In this document: in pieces, positions 17,315-26,434 of the stretch
Position numbering within the stretch: the stretch's first letter is position 1
How the letters are laid out: every line of letters begins with the position of its first letter
DNA from: Acidobacteriota bacterium
GTDB lineage: Bacteria; Acidobacteriota; UBA6911
NCBI GenBank assembly: GCA_037444305.1
Contig: JBBIMP010000018.1
Location: 1-64,000 of the forward strand
Direction of reading: 5' to 3'
Length of the DNA: 64,000 nt
Translations under genes and position numbers: made by a program
The notes under the pieces: generated by a model
Told to the model about the DNA's origin: nothing
Databases searched by the model: none
What the model saw: only the letters and a program-made list of their open reading frames with translations

Positions 17315-18709
17315 CTAAAATGCATATCCCAGCAGGATGTTGAACTGGTTCTGGCCGTTGCGGGCCCTGGACTTGATCCACTGGTAGTCGCTCTTCACGA
17401 CGATTCCATGCGTCGGGTGGAACTCCAGGCCGGACGTGTGAAACTTCCGGTCCCTCTGCGGGTCGAGGACAAAGCCAGCGGGAACGCGGTCCTGGGTGTT
17501 CACCTTTTCGAAGCGGTAGTAGGGGGTCAGCCGGACCGACTCCGTGTGCCGGGCCAGGAGGTTGTATCCGAACTGGAGGAAGCCCCCCTGAAGAACTTCG
17601 CCGATGGAGTTGGCGCCGGTGAGGTTGCGGGCGCGGTTCAGATCGGCGACGTCTTCGAGCTCGGCGCGGGCATAGAGGGCCCGGACGTCGAAGCCGCGCA
17701 TCTGAACCTGGCCGTGCAGTTCGCCGATGGTGGTGCCGACCTTGATCTCGCGGCCGTTCAGGAGGTATTGGCCCTGGCCCGAGCCACCCCGGTAGAGGGA
17801 TCCCCCCGCCACCACGCCGGGCATCGGGGAGAAGTCCAGCCTCCCGACGAAGGCCATGTCGGTAGCCTTGGCGAAGGAGCCCTTCTGGCGGCCTCCGCGA
17901 AGGCCGGCGGCGCTGAACCCGGCGGCGTCCAGGCCGTTGACTACGTAGGCGCGGTATTCGAACCTGCCGGCCGATCCGAGAAAGCCGAAGCCGTTTTCAC
18001 GCCAGGTCGCCGGGATGATGCGGGTTTCCGTTTCGCTGCGCCGCGCGCCGATGAAAGCGGTCGGCTCGTGGAACTCGTTGGTCAGCCCCATGGGAACCAG
18101 CAGCAGGCCGCCGCGCACGGTGAGGTGATCGTTCGCCAGGTAGTCGAGGTATACGAACTCGGGGGCGACGGTGCCGGATTTGCCGGTGTCGGCGTGTTCG
18201 AATTCGATCTCGGAGTTGAAAACGAACTTGTCGTTGAAACGGTAGCCGGCGTAGATGACCGCGCGGAGAAAGTCGAGTTGCGAGCCCTTGCGCAGCTTGC
18301 TCCCATTCTCGAGTTGGCCGTCGAAGTTCTCGTAGAGCATTTCGCCGTAGCCTGCCAGCGAAACCCCGTGGCGCTTCCTGTAGACGGTGGCGGCCGAGGA
18401 GCCGAGACCGAGCGAACGGGCTCTCCCCTCGGTGATCTCGATGTCCGGCTCGCCGCTGCGGAGCTTCTCGACTTCTTCCGCCAGGACGTCCAGATGGCGC
18501 TGCATCTCAGCAGGCTGCGCCTCGGCCTTTTCCTCCCGGGCGGCCAGGAGCGCCTCGAGCCTCGCGATCCGGGCCTCCAGGGCCTGGATCTTCTGTTTGA
18601 GGTCCTCCTCCTGGGCAGGGCTCCATGAGGGTGCAAGGACGGCGGCAAACATCGCCGCCGCAACGATTGGACGGATCTTCTCCAAAACACTATTCATAAC
18701 ATCACCCAT
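17315..18709 (-). CDS. Outer-membrane porin with an N-terminal coiled-coil
   Basis: 464 aa with a signal peptide and a coiled-coil (KQKIQALEARIARLEALLAAREEK). Alternating beta-strand pattern and the C-terminal ..NILLGYAF outer-membrane signature. Confidence 0.6.
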   Translation of the reverse strand: MGDVMNSVLEKIRPIVAAAMFAAVLAPSWSPAQEEDLKQKIQALEARIARLEALLAAREEKAEAQPAEMQRHLDVLAEEVEKLRSGEPDIEITEGRARSLGLGSSAATVYRKRHGVSLAGYGEMLYENFDGQLENGSKLRKGSQLDFLRAVIYAGYRFNDKFVFNSEIEFEHADTGKSGTVAPEFVYLDYLANDHLTVRGGLLLVPMGLTNEFHEPTAFIGARRSETETRIIPATWRENGFGFLGSAGRFEYRAYVVNGLDAAGFSAAGLRGGRQKGSFAKATDMAFVGRLDFSPMPGVVAGGSLYRGGSGQGQYLLNGREIKVGTTIGELHGQVQMRGFDVRALYARAELEDVADLNRARNLTGANSIGEVLQGGFLQFGYNLLARHTESVRLTPYYRFEKVNTQDRVPAGFVLDPQRDRKFHTSGLEFHPTHGIVVKSDYQWIKSRARNGQNQFNILLGYAF

Positions 18710-18896
18710 ATCAAGATTTTCACGCTATTATGAAAATCAATTTCAGGAAACACTATAAGCGCGGGAATTCCTCTGTCAAGAAAATTATGATTTGACTAGT
18801 AATTGCCTGCGGGAAGGTTCAGACGTCTTTGTGCTTGTTGGTGCCTTTGTGGTGAAGGGTCGAGATCAACCACAAAGGCATCAAGGTTCATGGAGT

Positions 18897-19613
18897 TCAC
18901 CAGACGAGTTCGAACTCGTACTTGTCCTGGCCGTGCTTGGTGTCGCTGATCCGGATCACAGCCGTGAAGCCGTTGTCCGGGGACGGATGCTGCACTACTT
19001 CGAGGGATCCCCTGCCGTCGAGCTTGCGCAATCCGAGTTCGACGCGCCGCTGCGGCAGCGCGGAGGTAAACTGGAACGTCACGTTGGTGGCATGGAATCC
19101 GGAAACGGTCCGCACGTCCGCCTCCGCTCCCTGCACGAACACATGAACCTCCCCGTCGACCGTTCCCTTCCAGCGCAGCCGCCCGGTGATCTTCTTTTCC
19201 GGCACCGGCTCCACCGGCTGCCATTGGGAGGGGCTCAGTTCGCGCGAGATGTCTTCCAGCACCCGCTGCATGTCCTGGAGCTGCCGCCTGCCGTGGGAAT
19301 ATCTTTCGGCGGCGCGGAGCTGGCCTGAGACAATGGCCACCGCGTCCCGGAGTTCCGACTCGGGGCGGCGGTCGTAGGCCATCCGCCGGAGGAGGCCGGC
19401 GCCGGCGTTAATCTGCTGCGCCAGGAACAGGACTTCGACGTCCTGCCGGTTGCCGCGGCCGCGGTTGTTGAAGCCGCGGTAGCTGTCTGCGAAGAATTCC
19501 TCTGCCATCCGCGCCAGCCTGTCGACCCGGGTTTCGAAATACCGGGCCTCGGCGGCCGGCATCAGGCCGATGCAGAAGGCCAACCCGAGCAATGCCTTGA
19601 ATGTGCTTTTCAT
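18897..19613 (-). CDS. Hypothetical secreted protein
   Basis: Signal peptide MKSTFKALLGLAFCIGLMPAAEA (start chosen at M37 of the listed ORF). No recognisable domain. Confidence 0.4.
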   Translation of the reverse strand: MKSTFKALLGLAFCIGLMPAAEARYFETRVDRLARMAEEFFADSYRGFNNRGRGNRQDVEVLFLAQQINAGAGLLRRMAYDRRPESELRDAVAIVSGQLRAAERYSHGRRQLQDMQRVLEDISRELSPSQWQPVEPVPEKKITGRLRWKGTVDGEVHVFVQGAEADVRTVSGFHATNVTFQFTSALPQRRVELGLRKLDGRGSLEVVQHPSPDNGFTAVIRISDTKHGQDKYEFELVW

Positions 19614-19737
19614 GACCCACCTCCGCTGCCGTTTCGCCCGGCGATTGCCTGCTCGATCTATTGGATGAGGCGGCCGGTCTGAAGTTGCCGGCCGCCTCAA
19701 TTTTCCCCTCCACGGAGGCACAAAGGTGGGTCGGTTG

Positions 19738-21483
19738 CTACTTCAGGGAGATCTCCCGGCTGTCGGTTCCGCCCTTTTCGGAGATCACCCGGACCGTCGC
19801 GCGCGGCTCGCCTCTGCCGTCCGCTTTCACCATCCACTCGGCCTTGACCGCGGGGGCGCGGTTGCCGGCGATGTGGCCCAGGTCGGCCGTCGCCTTGCCC
19901 ATGACGAGCGTGGCGCCGGTGAGTTCGAGAACGGCCTTGACGGTGCGCGCCGTCTCGTTGCGGATGGCCTGCCGTGTGACGTTGGTGGGGAGGTGGCCTT
20001 CGTTGTGCACCGATGCTTCGATCCGGATGTAGCCCGCGTCCCCCTTTGTGGCCTTCACATCGGCGATGCGCACCAAGGGCGACATCGAGACGAGGTACAG
20101 GTTCCACTCGGTGTGTTTCTTGAGGAAGTCCTCGAACACGGGACCCGGGTAACACATCAGGTTGGTGTAAGTCTTGCGGGCGGGATCGTAGAGCTTCGAT
20201 ATGAAGCCGCCGATTTCGACCTCGCCGAGCTGCGGGTGCTTGTAGGGTTTCCAGTCGACGAAGATCTTTCCGCCGAGTTCGGTGTCGTTCCATTTCATCT
20301 GCTCGGCCGGCGTCACGGTGCCGTTCTTGTCGTAGTCGCAGAAGGGGACGAGCGAACCCATTTCCGGAACCCAGCTGAAAACGCCGTAGTGTTCGTAGGC
20401 CCAGGCCATGAACACGCCCCAGATGGCGCCGCCGCGCGGCGGTTCGCCGCGGCCGTACACGTTGCGCACCGGCTGCTTGTTAATGATCTCGGTGTACTTC
20501 CGGCCGAAAAGCTCGAAGACGGCGTTGTCCTCGGGCGCCATCTGCTCTTCGATGCCGGTGATCGGGTCGAACTTGCGGTGGGTGGGCGGGCGGTAGAGGA
20601 AGTTGCCCGCCATGTGGTGGTTGACGACGCCGGTGATGTTTTTGTGGGCGAACAGGAACTCCGTCACGGCGCGCGCCTCCGGTTCGGACAGCGGGTAGGG
20701 GCCGGCGCCGTTCTGGATGTACTCCTGCTGCCAGTCGATCGGCCAGTTGCGGTTGATGTCCAGGCCGCCGACTCCGTCCTCGTTGTAGCGGCCGTCGTTG
20801 TCGTTGTCGATTCCTTCGGAGTAGACGCGCCAGCCGCAGGTCTCGCCTTCACGGCAGCTCACCATGAGCCGCGGGTCGTCCGGGGAAATCTTCATGTTCC
20901 CGCGCGGGTCGCGCACGCGCATCTGGGTGATGTGGCCGTCGCCGTTCAGATCCTCGGGCGGGTCTTCGTCCAGGGCGCCGTCGCCATCGGTGTCGTGCGG
21001 GCGGACGCTGCTGCGCATGCCGTCCGGTTTGGTCAGGTAGTGGTCGGAGCCGTCGGGATTCAGCTTGGGCATAACATAGACGGTTCGCGTGTCCACCAGC
21101 CGGGTGATGGCTTCGTCCCTCCCGTAGCCCTTGACCAGCGTGTCGATGGTCTTGAGGCAGACCTCGGCGCCCATCACTTCGCTGGCGTGCAGGTTGCCGT
21201 CGAACCAGTACCCCGGCTTTTCGAGCGGCTTGCCGAGCGACTGGTTGGTGATTTCGAGTACCAGCAGGTCATTTCCCAGGTAACTCTTCCCGATTTTGTG
21301 CAGCTTCGTGATGCCGGGATAGGCGCGCGCGACGGCCTCCAGGTAGGCGGCCGTTTCGGCGAAGGTGTGGTTATGGTCGAACGTGAGGTCGGTCGACTGG
21401 GCCGTGCCCGCCTGTGGGGACGAGGCGAGGGCGAGCAGCGGGATAAGGCAGAGCGGCAGTGCAATTATCTTCCATCCACGCAT
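19738..21483 (-). CDS. M14-family zinc carboxypeptidase (secreted)
   Basis: 581 aa with a signal peptide. ..YWFDGNLHASEV.. (HxxE zinc ligands), ..NRNW.. and a downstream His, giving M14 peptidase architecture. Confidence 0.8.
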   Translation of the reverse strand: MRGWKIIALPLCLIPLLALASSPQAGTAQSTDLTFDHNHTFAETAAYLEAVARAYPGITKLHKIGKSYLGNDLLVLEITNQSLGKPLEKPGYWFDGNLHASEVMGAEVCLKTIDTLVKGYGRDEAITRLVDTRTVYVMPKLNPDGSDHYLTKPDGMRSSVRPHDTDGDGALDEDPPEDLNGDGHITQMRVRDPRGNMKISPDDPRLMVSCREGETCGWRVYSEGIDNDNDGRYNEDGVGGLDINRNWPIDWQQEYIQNGAGPYPLSEPEARAVTEFLFAHKNITGVVNHHMAGNFLYRPPTHRKFDPITGIEEQMAPEDNAVFELFGRKYTEIINKQPVRNVYGRGEPPRGGAIWGVFMAWAYEHYGVFSWVPEMGSLVPFCDYDKNGTVTPAEQMKWNDTELGGKIFVDWKPYKHPQLGEVEIGGFISKLYDPARKTYTNLMCYPGPVFEDFLKKHTEWNLYLVSMSPLVRIADVKATKGDAGYIRIEASVHNEGHLPTNVTRQAIRNETARTVKAVLELTGATLVMGKATADLGHIAGNRAPAVKAEWMVKADGRGEPRATVRVISEKGGTDSREISLK

Positions 21484-21532
21484 GGCTTATATTCCTCCAG
21501 AACGTTGGTTTTCGAACAGCTCGGGCCTGGCG

Positions 21533-21970
21533 TCATCTGAAGTCGCGGGCCGAAATGACCATGGCGAGAGCCAGAACGATCAGAAGCAATCCGGGCACTT
21601 CGGAACCCGGACGGATTCCGAGCAAATGAACCCGCAGCAGCGAGAGCACAGCGCCCGTTCCAAGGGAAAGGAGCATCGCGTAGCGGGCCCACCTCTGGCG
21701 GCGGCGGAAGCCGCTCGCGGCCACCCAGGCAAATAGGACTCCGAAGGAGAAGGCATAAAATGCCGCCGTGGCGCGGCGGCCGCGCAGGGCGGCCGGCAGC
21801 CCGGGATCGACCTCGGCGAGGCGCGAAAGGCTGATCCCGGCAATCGGGTCGTCCGGCGCGTGATAGGCGGTGTACAGCGAAATCGCAGCCCCCAGGGCGA
21901 TGATCGCCCCCAGAAGGGTGAGCGTAATCCAGGCGATGGTGAGCGACAGGGATTTCTTGTCCTGTTCCAT
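21533..21970 (-). CDS. Hypothetical membrane protein
   Basis: 145 aa with four predicted TM helices. No family assignment. Confidence 0.4.
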   Translation of the reverse strand: MEQDKKSLSLTIAWITLTLLGAIIALGAAISLYTAYHAPDDPIAGISLSRLAEVDPGLPAALRGRRATAAFYAFSFGVLFAWVAASGFRRRQRWARYAMLLSLGTGAVLSLLRVHLLGIRPGSEVPGLLLIVLALAMVISARDFR

Positions 21971-22708
21971 GAAGGGTTCCTCCCGGTGTGAATGGCGACA
22001 ATCTTATGCCTGAAAGGGGGGCAAGCGCTACAATTTACGGATGAACAACTTCAAGATCGTGAACGAAAGCGGCGGCCCCTCCATATCAAAAACCCGGGCG
22101 GGAATTGACCGCCAACCTTGTGCTGGAAATCCAACACGCTGCGCTCGACTTGTTGGATTTCAAGCAGTCATGGGTGCCGAGTTCCCCTCTCGCCGCGTGC
22201 CGGGTTGTCCATCCATGTTATTAATAATGTTATAGTTACATCGTCCAGTTCAGCAGAACCGCTGTTTTGGCAAGCCGTTTGCAAGTAATGGTTGGTGTGC
22301 GAGGGGAGACAGCCCTTTTGCCCAATTGCTGTGATAAGCCGCAAAAGCGATAGCGCCGGAAGAGCCGGCAAGGTCGCGGGCAGCCCCCCAGGGCCGTCTC
22401 CCTTGGCAATCTTGATTCGAGGAAGCAACCCGAATTCCAAACCCTCATAACGGTCCAGGATCGGATTTGGACGGCTGCATTTGAAGCTGAGAATCCTAGC
22501 CGTGCCTATATCTGCAGAGCGTGCTTGCCGGCCGGGATTCCACGGAGCCCGGAGCGATAGCGACGGGTCGCGTGGCCTGATTGGGCAATCCGAGCGCATG
22601 CGATGGGATCAACATACTTCCGGCAGACCTTGCCAAAGATTTGTTTCAAAAAAGCGGATACGAAGCCATAATACGGCTTTTGCGGGGATCCGGCTTTGAA
22701 CCCCGCAA

Positions 22709-23812
22709 GTGGGGAGAACCAGGGCAATGTCGCATCCGCTTGAGCTTTCCGGCCAGACGGCTGAGCGTTTTAAGGGATTGAAATACCTGATCGGCAACAC
22801 GCCGATGCTGGCCATCCGCTTTTCATACCGGGGATCGGAGCGGGTGATCTACGCCAAGGCGGAAAGCGCCAACATGACCGGCAGCATAAAGGACCGGATG
22901 GCGTTTCACATTATCCAGCAGGCCTACGCCGAAGGAACTATCAAGCCCGGCGACCAGATCGCCGAGGCGACGAGCGGCAATACAGGCATCGCGTTTGCCG
23001 CCCTGGGACGCGCCCTGGGGCATCCCGTGACGATTTTCATGCCCGACTGGATGAGCCGGGAAAGGGTGGAGCTGATCCGCAGCCTGGGCGCCAGCATCGT
23101 CCCGGTCACCCACGAGGAAGGCGGTTTCCTGGGCAGCATAGCCAAAACCGAGGAGTTGGCCCGGCAGGAGGAAAATGTCTTTCTGCCCAGGCAGTTCTCC
23201 AACGAAGCCAACATCGCTGCCCACGAGGAAACCACGGGCCCGGAGATCTGGTGGCAGCTCAGATTCAGGCAGCTGGAGCCGGACGCTTTCGTCGCCGGCG
23301 TGGGCACCGGGGGAACCGTGATGGGTGTCGGTCGATTCCTCCGGTCGAAGAATCCCTCGATCCGCGTGCACCCCCTGCAGCCCGCCGAATCCCCGACCCT
23401 TTCCGCCGGGCACAAGGTCGGCAAGCACCGGATCCAGGGAATCTCCGACGAGTTTGTCCCGGCAATCGTGAAACTCGACCAACTGGACGAGGTCGTCAGC
23501 GTGAACGACGGGGACGCCATCCTGATAGCGCAGAAGCTGGCGGCGCAGCTGGGTCTTGCGGTCGGCATCTCATCCGGCGCCAATTTCCTCGGAGCCTTGA
23601 AGGTTCAGGAGGAGCTCGGTCCGGACGCCGTGGTGGTCACCGTTTTTGCCGACGACAACAAGAAATATCTCAGTACCGACCTGCTGCGCCAGGAGCCGCC
23701 CAAGGACGGATTTCTCTCGCCGGGAATCGAGCTGCTCGGGTTCGACTCGTTCAAGCGCGTCTGCCAGATCTGCTGTGACCTGCCCGAATGCAACCAGCGC
23801 CTTCCCGGTTGA
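22709..23812 (+). CDS. cysK: Cysteine synthase (PLP-dependent, CysK/CysM-type) with a C-terminal extension
   Basis: ..[16 protein letters not shown].. (PLP lysine), ..[10 protein letters not shown].., ..[12 protein letters not shown]... A probable alternative start is MSHPLEL at 22727. Confidence 0.85.
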   Translation: MGRTRAMSHPLELSGQTAERFKGLKYLIGNTPMLAIRFSYRGSERVIYAKAESANMTGSIKDRMAFHIIQQAYAEGTIKPGDQIAEATSGNTGIAFAALGRALGHPVTIFMPDWMSRERVELIRSLGASIVPVTHEEGGFLGSIAKTEELARQEENVFLPRQFSNEANIAAHEETTGPEIWWQLRFRQLEPDAFVAGVGTGGTVMGVGRFLRSKNPSIRVHPLQPAESPTLSAGHKVGKHRIQGISDEFVPAIVKLDQLDEVVSVNDGDAILIAQKLAAQLGLAVGISSGANFLGALKVQEELGPDAVVVTVFADDNKKYLSTDLLRQEPPKDGFLSPGIELLGFDSFKRVCQICCDLPECNQRLPG

Positions 23813-23928
23813 CAGTGCGGGAAGGGCGTATTGCGCGGTCTTTGGACAAAATCCCCACACAGGCTAAGTACGCCGAAGGAGTCCCACAGAATGCCCAAAA
23901 AAGGCAAACCAAAAGCGAAAAGCAAGTG

Positions 23929-24090
23929 TTACGCCGCGGATTGAATCAGAGACGTGAGCAAGCCTGCGGACGAGATCCTCAAAACCATCGCGAAAGAGGA
24001 TATCAGATACGAGATTTCCACTCTTGTTGGGCATCCCAGATGGGAATGCCGCGGGAAACGCTCACGTCTCGGATTCAATCCGCGGCGTAA
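23929..24090. repeat. 31-bp inverted repeat pair (1 mismatch) flanking 100 bp; a MITE-like or long-hairpin element
   Basis: TTACGCCGCGGATTGAATCAGAGACGTGAGC (23929-23959) versus GCTCACGTCTCGGATTCAATCCGCGGCGTAA (24060-24090). Confidence 0.6.
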
Positions 24091-24157
24091 CAGCACCGGC
24101 GGCGGTCGCCGGAGGCGGTAGAACTTCTCTTGACTCCGAGCGCATTCAGCGCTCGCA

Positions 24158-24508
24158 GTGGAGCAAGGGGGGAGGATGTTGGGAATGCTCAAGAGACATG
24201 AAATCAAGGTTTTACTCAATGCCGGACACTCACAGACTGAAGTTGCCCGCCTGGCCGGCATCTCACTTCGTTCGGTCAAACGCATCGCAAAAGAAGAGGC
24301 CATCACGCATGTCGACGATCATGCTCGGCGCCGGGACTGCGGTATCGGCCAGCCAAACGTGGTTGGGAATTTCCGGAAATCTGTTGTAGCCGTCCTCGAA
24401 AAAGAACCAGGACTGAAGTCGGTCGAGATCCTGCGGCGGATGCGGCTGGAGGGATACAGCGGCGACACCCTTCAGGTTAACTTAGTGGGCGATGAGCGGA
24501 CAGTTTAG
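24158..24508 (+). pseudogene. istA: IS21-family transposase IstA, N-terminal HTH fragment (truncated)
   Basis: MLGMLKRHEIKVLLNAGHSQTEVARLAGISLRSVKRIAKE...EILRRMRLEGYSGD matches the IstA N-terminal HTH region. The ORF stops after about 116 aa, whereas full IstA is about 390 aa, and no istB follows. Confidence 0.55.
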
Positions 24509-24656
24509 GCAATGGAGGTGAGGGCAACGAAAATGTTGTTGGCATACCGTTTTTAAGCAGGGTAGCTTCCAGTCAAGCGGGTGGGTTTTGATGCCGCGTC
24601 TCCCGCGAATTCATCCAACTCAGCCGGCGGACATATTCGTTGCAAGCAGCGCAAGC

Positions 24657-24893
24657 TTACAGATCGTAGTGTTTGTACAAGGTATCGATTTGGCCCGCTA
24701 CAACAACCGCCACGGCCCCCTTTTGGATTCGGTTGAGAGAACGGATAACCTCTCGGACCCTTTTCCCGGACAGCCTGTACTTTGTCGCGCCTCCCGGAGC
24801 ATTTTCGGGCAGGCCAAGAGCTAGAACAAGTTCCACATCCAGCTTATGGAACCCCCTCTGCCTCATGCGCATCTCAGCGTGTTTTGAAAGCAT
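24657..24893 (-). CDS. DUF4258-family protein (toxin-like small protein)
   Basis: 78 aa starting MLSKHAEMRMRQRGF..., with the H-A-x2-R-M-x-E/Q-RG motif characteristic of DUF4258. Confidence 0.55.
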   Translation of the reverse strand: MLSKHAEMRMRQRGFHKLDVELVLALGLPENAPGGATKYRLSGKRVREVIRSLNRIQKGAVAVVVAGQIDTLYKHYDL

Positions 24894-24928
24894 TTTTTCA
24901 TACCTCCAATGGATGAAGGCAAAGGCGA

Positions 24929-25663
24929 TTAATCACACTCCTGCGATTCTTTATTCTCAAAGAACTTGCGTTTCTCAATGGCGTCAACCAATCTCTTGAC
25001 CCAATAAATCCCAGGAACTTTGAGATTCTTAAGAGTGTCCTGCAGATCTCCAGAAGACTGATAAACATTGTCGCATGCGCGCTCGAAATCTCTGGCCTTT
25101 GACAAGACATTTTCTTTGTCTGCCTCTGTAATAAGCTCTTTTTTGAGCAGATCGTCGAGGTGCTTTTTCACTACATCGTATGCAATAAAGCCTGTGAGGT
25201 TTTCGACGACATCGAGAGCACTTGGATTGCTGCTCAGCACTATTTCCAGTGCATTACATGGTGTGAATTCCAGAGCGTTGATGTAGCATTCTAGGAAGTC
25301 CCGCTTAGATCCAACAAGGTACTTGATGAGATTAATGTGACGGACAACATCGACGGGGTAGAATCCAACGGAGCCCCTTTCCGTCTTCCGAATATTGCTG
25401 GTTCCCGATATCAGTTTCATCCCCACATATTTTTTGAAGGTGGGCGCTTTGACCACCATCCCCTTCTTGGCAAGAAGTTCCTGGATTTCTTTAAAAGTCA
25501 AACCCCGCTCTTGGTGCCTTTTTTCGAGCTCATCTAACTCATGCGATGTGAAGTAGCAGGAATGGGTAGCCAAGGATCTACGGTATTGTGGATCATTGAC
25601 GATGGTTCTTGATAGTACATCTCGAAGTTCGGCGTGTTGTTTTGCAAGATCATCTAGTCTCAT
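24929..25663 (-). CDS. Hypothetical 244-aa protein in an AT-rich islet
   Basis: A long ORF in a region of about 42% GC against a 65% GC background. Lys/Glu-rich. It is the upstream partner, 35 bp away, of the DUF4258 gene. No family recognised. Confidence 0.5.
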   Translation of the reverse strand: MRLDDLAKQHAELRDVLSRTIVNDPQYRRSLATHSCYFTSHELDELEKRHQERGLTFKEIQELLAKKGMVVKAPTFKKYVGMKLISGTSNIRKTERGSVGFYPVDVVRHINLIKYLVGSKRDFLECYINALEFTPCNALEIVLSSNPSALDVVENLTGFIAYDVVKKHLDDLLKKELITEADKENVLSKARDFERACDNVYQSSGDLQDTLKNLKVPGIYWVKRLVDAIEKRKFFENKESQECD

Positions 25664-26434
25664 ATTAGTTATCCCTCCAGGGTTATAATAGCTCTCATAG
25701 CTATCGAATAATATACTGCAGTATAATTCATGTAACGTAGCCTGTCAACAATTTTTTTAGAAAGGGCTATCAAGATGCCTTGCTGCGAGGTCGTGGAATT
25801 CGGGCTGTGATTTCCGAAGACGGCTTATAATTTGAAAATAATATATTTAGAGGATTGCAGCTACAGCATGGCTGGCTAGCGCTAACTGCTCGTAATGGAG
25901 TGGAACGACCTAGCCGGCGAGACCTTCAAATTCAATTTTCCCCATGTGTCGATTCTCGCCCTATTTCCCCAATCCCATTCTCAGAAGCTATCCCCCCTTC
26001 AGCTCGACATCGTCTTAGCCGTTTTTGCAACAATGGCAATCTTTTGGTCCATTTTTGTCTGGTGTCGATTTCGCTTTATCCAATGCCGAAGTCGGATAAA
26101 TGCTCTTCATCATCCCGTCTCTCTGTTAGCTTTTGTGTTTCTGGATTGCGGGCAAAAGTCCGACTGGCTGGTGTCGCGACATTCACCGTTTTCGGCTCGG
26201 CCGGCAGGCCCTGAAATTCCTTGTCCACTTCCTCCAGGACCTCCACAAACCGGTTCATGTGGGCGACAACGGCGACCGGGGCAGAAACGACCTGCAACTG
26301 CGTTTTTTTCAATGTCGGCACAAACCTGCACCGGCTGCTGAAGCATACTCCGCCCTGGTCGCCTAATCTCGGTCCCACACGACCGGCAAACACAGGGAGG
26401 GACCACTGGCACTGAGGACCTGACACCATATTCT

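Noticed and set aside
16275-17381. 368-aa minus-strand ORF listed as a single protein
   Set aside because: Only its last 140 codons are a plausible membrane protein. The upstream 228 codons are an alternate frame of the FMN-binding gene (16694-17302).
19726-21540. 604-aa plus-strand ORF
   Set aside because: It is antisense to the M14 carboxypeptidase gene. Its translation is Val/Gly/Ala/Arg-rich with no motifs.
22168-22599. 143-aa minus-strand ORF in the cysK upstream gap
   Set aside because: It has Pro/Arg/Leu-rich low-complexity sequence, no RBS, and spans the compositionally patchy non-coding region.
21971-22726. RNase P RNA, tmRNA, SRP RNA or SAM-I riboswitch in the cysK upstream gap
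   Set aside because: The conserved cores were not found: GGAAAGTCCGGGC (P4), the tRNA-like tmRNA ends, and the SAM-I kink-turn and pseudoknot consensus. The region is kept only as an unassigned possible ncRNA.
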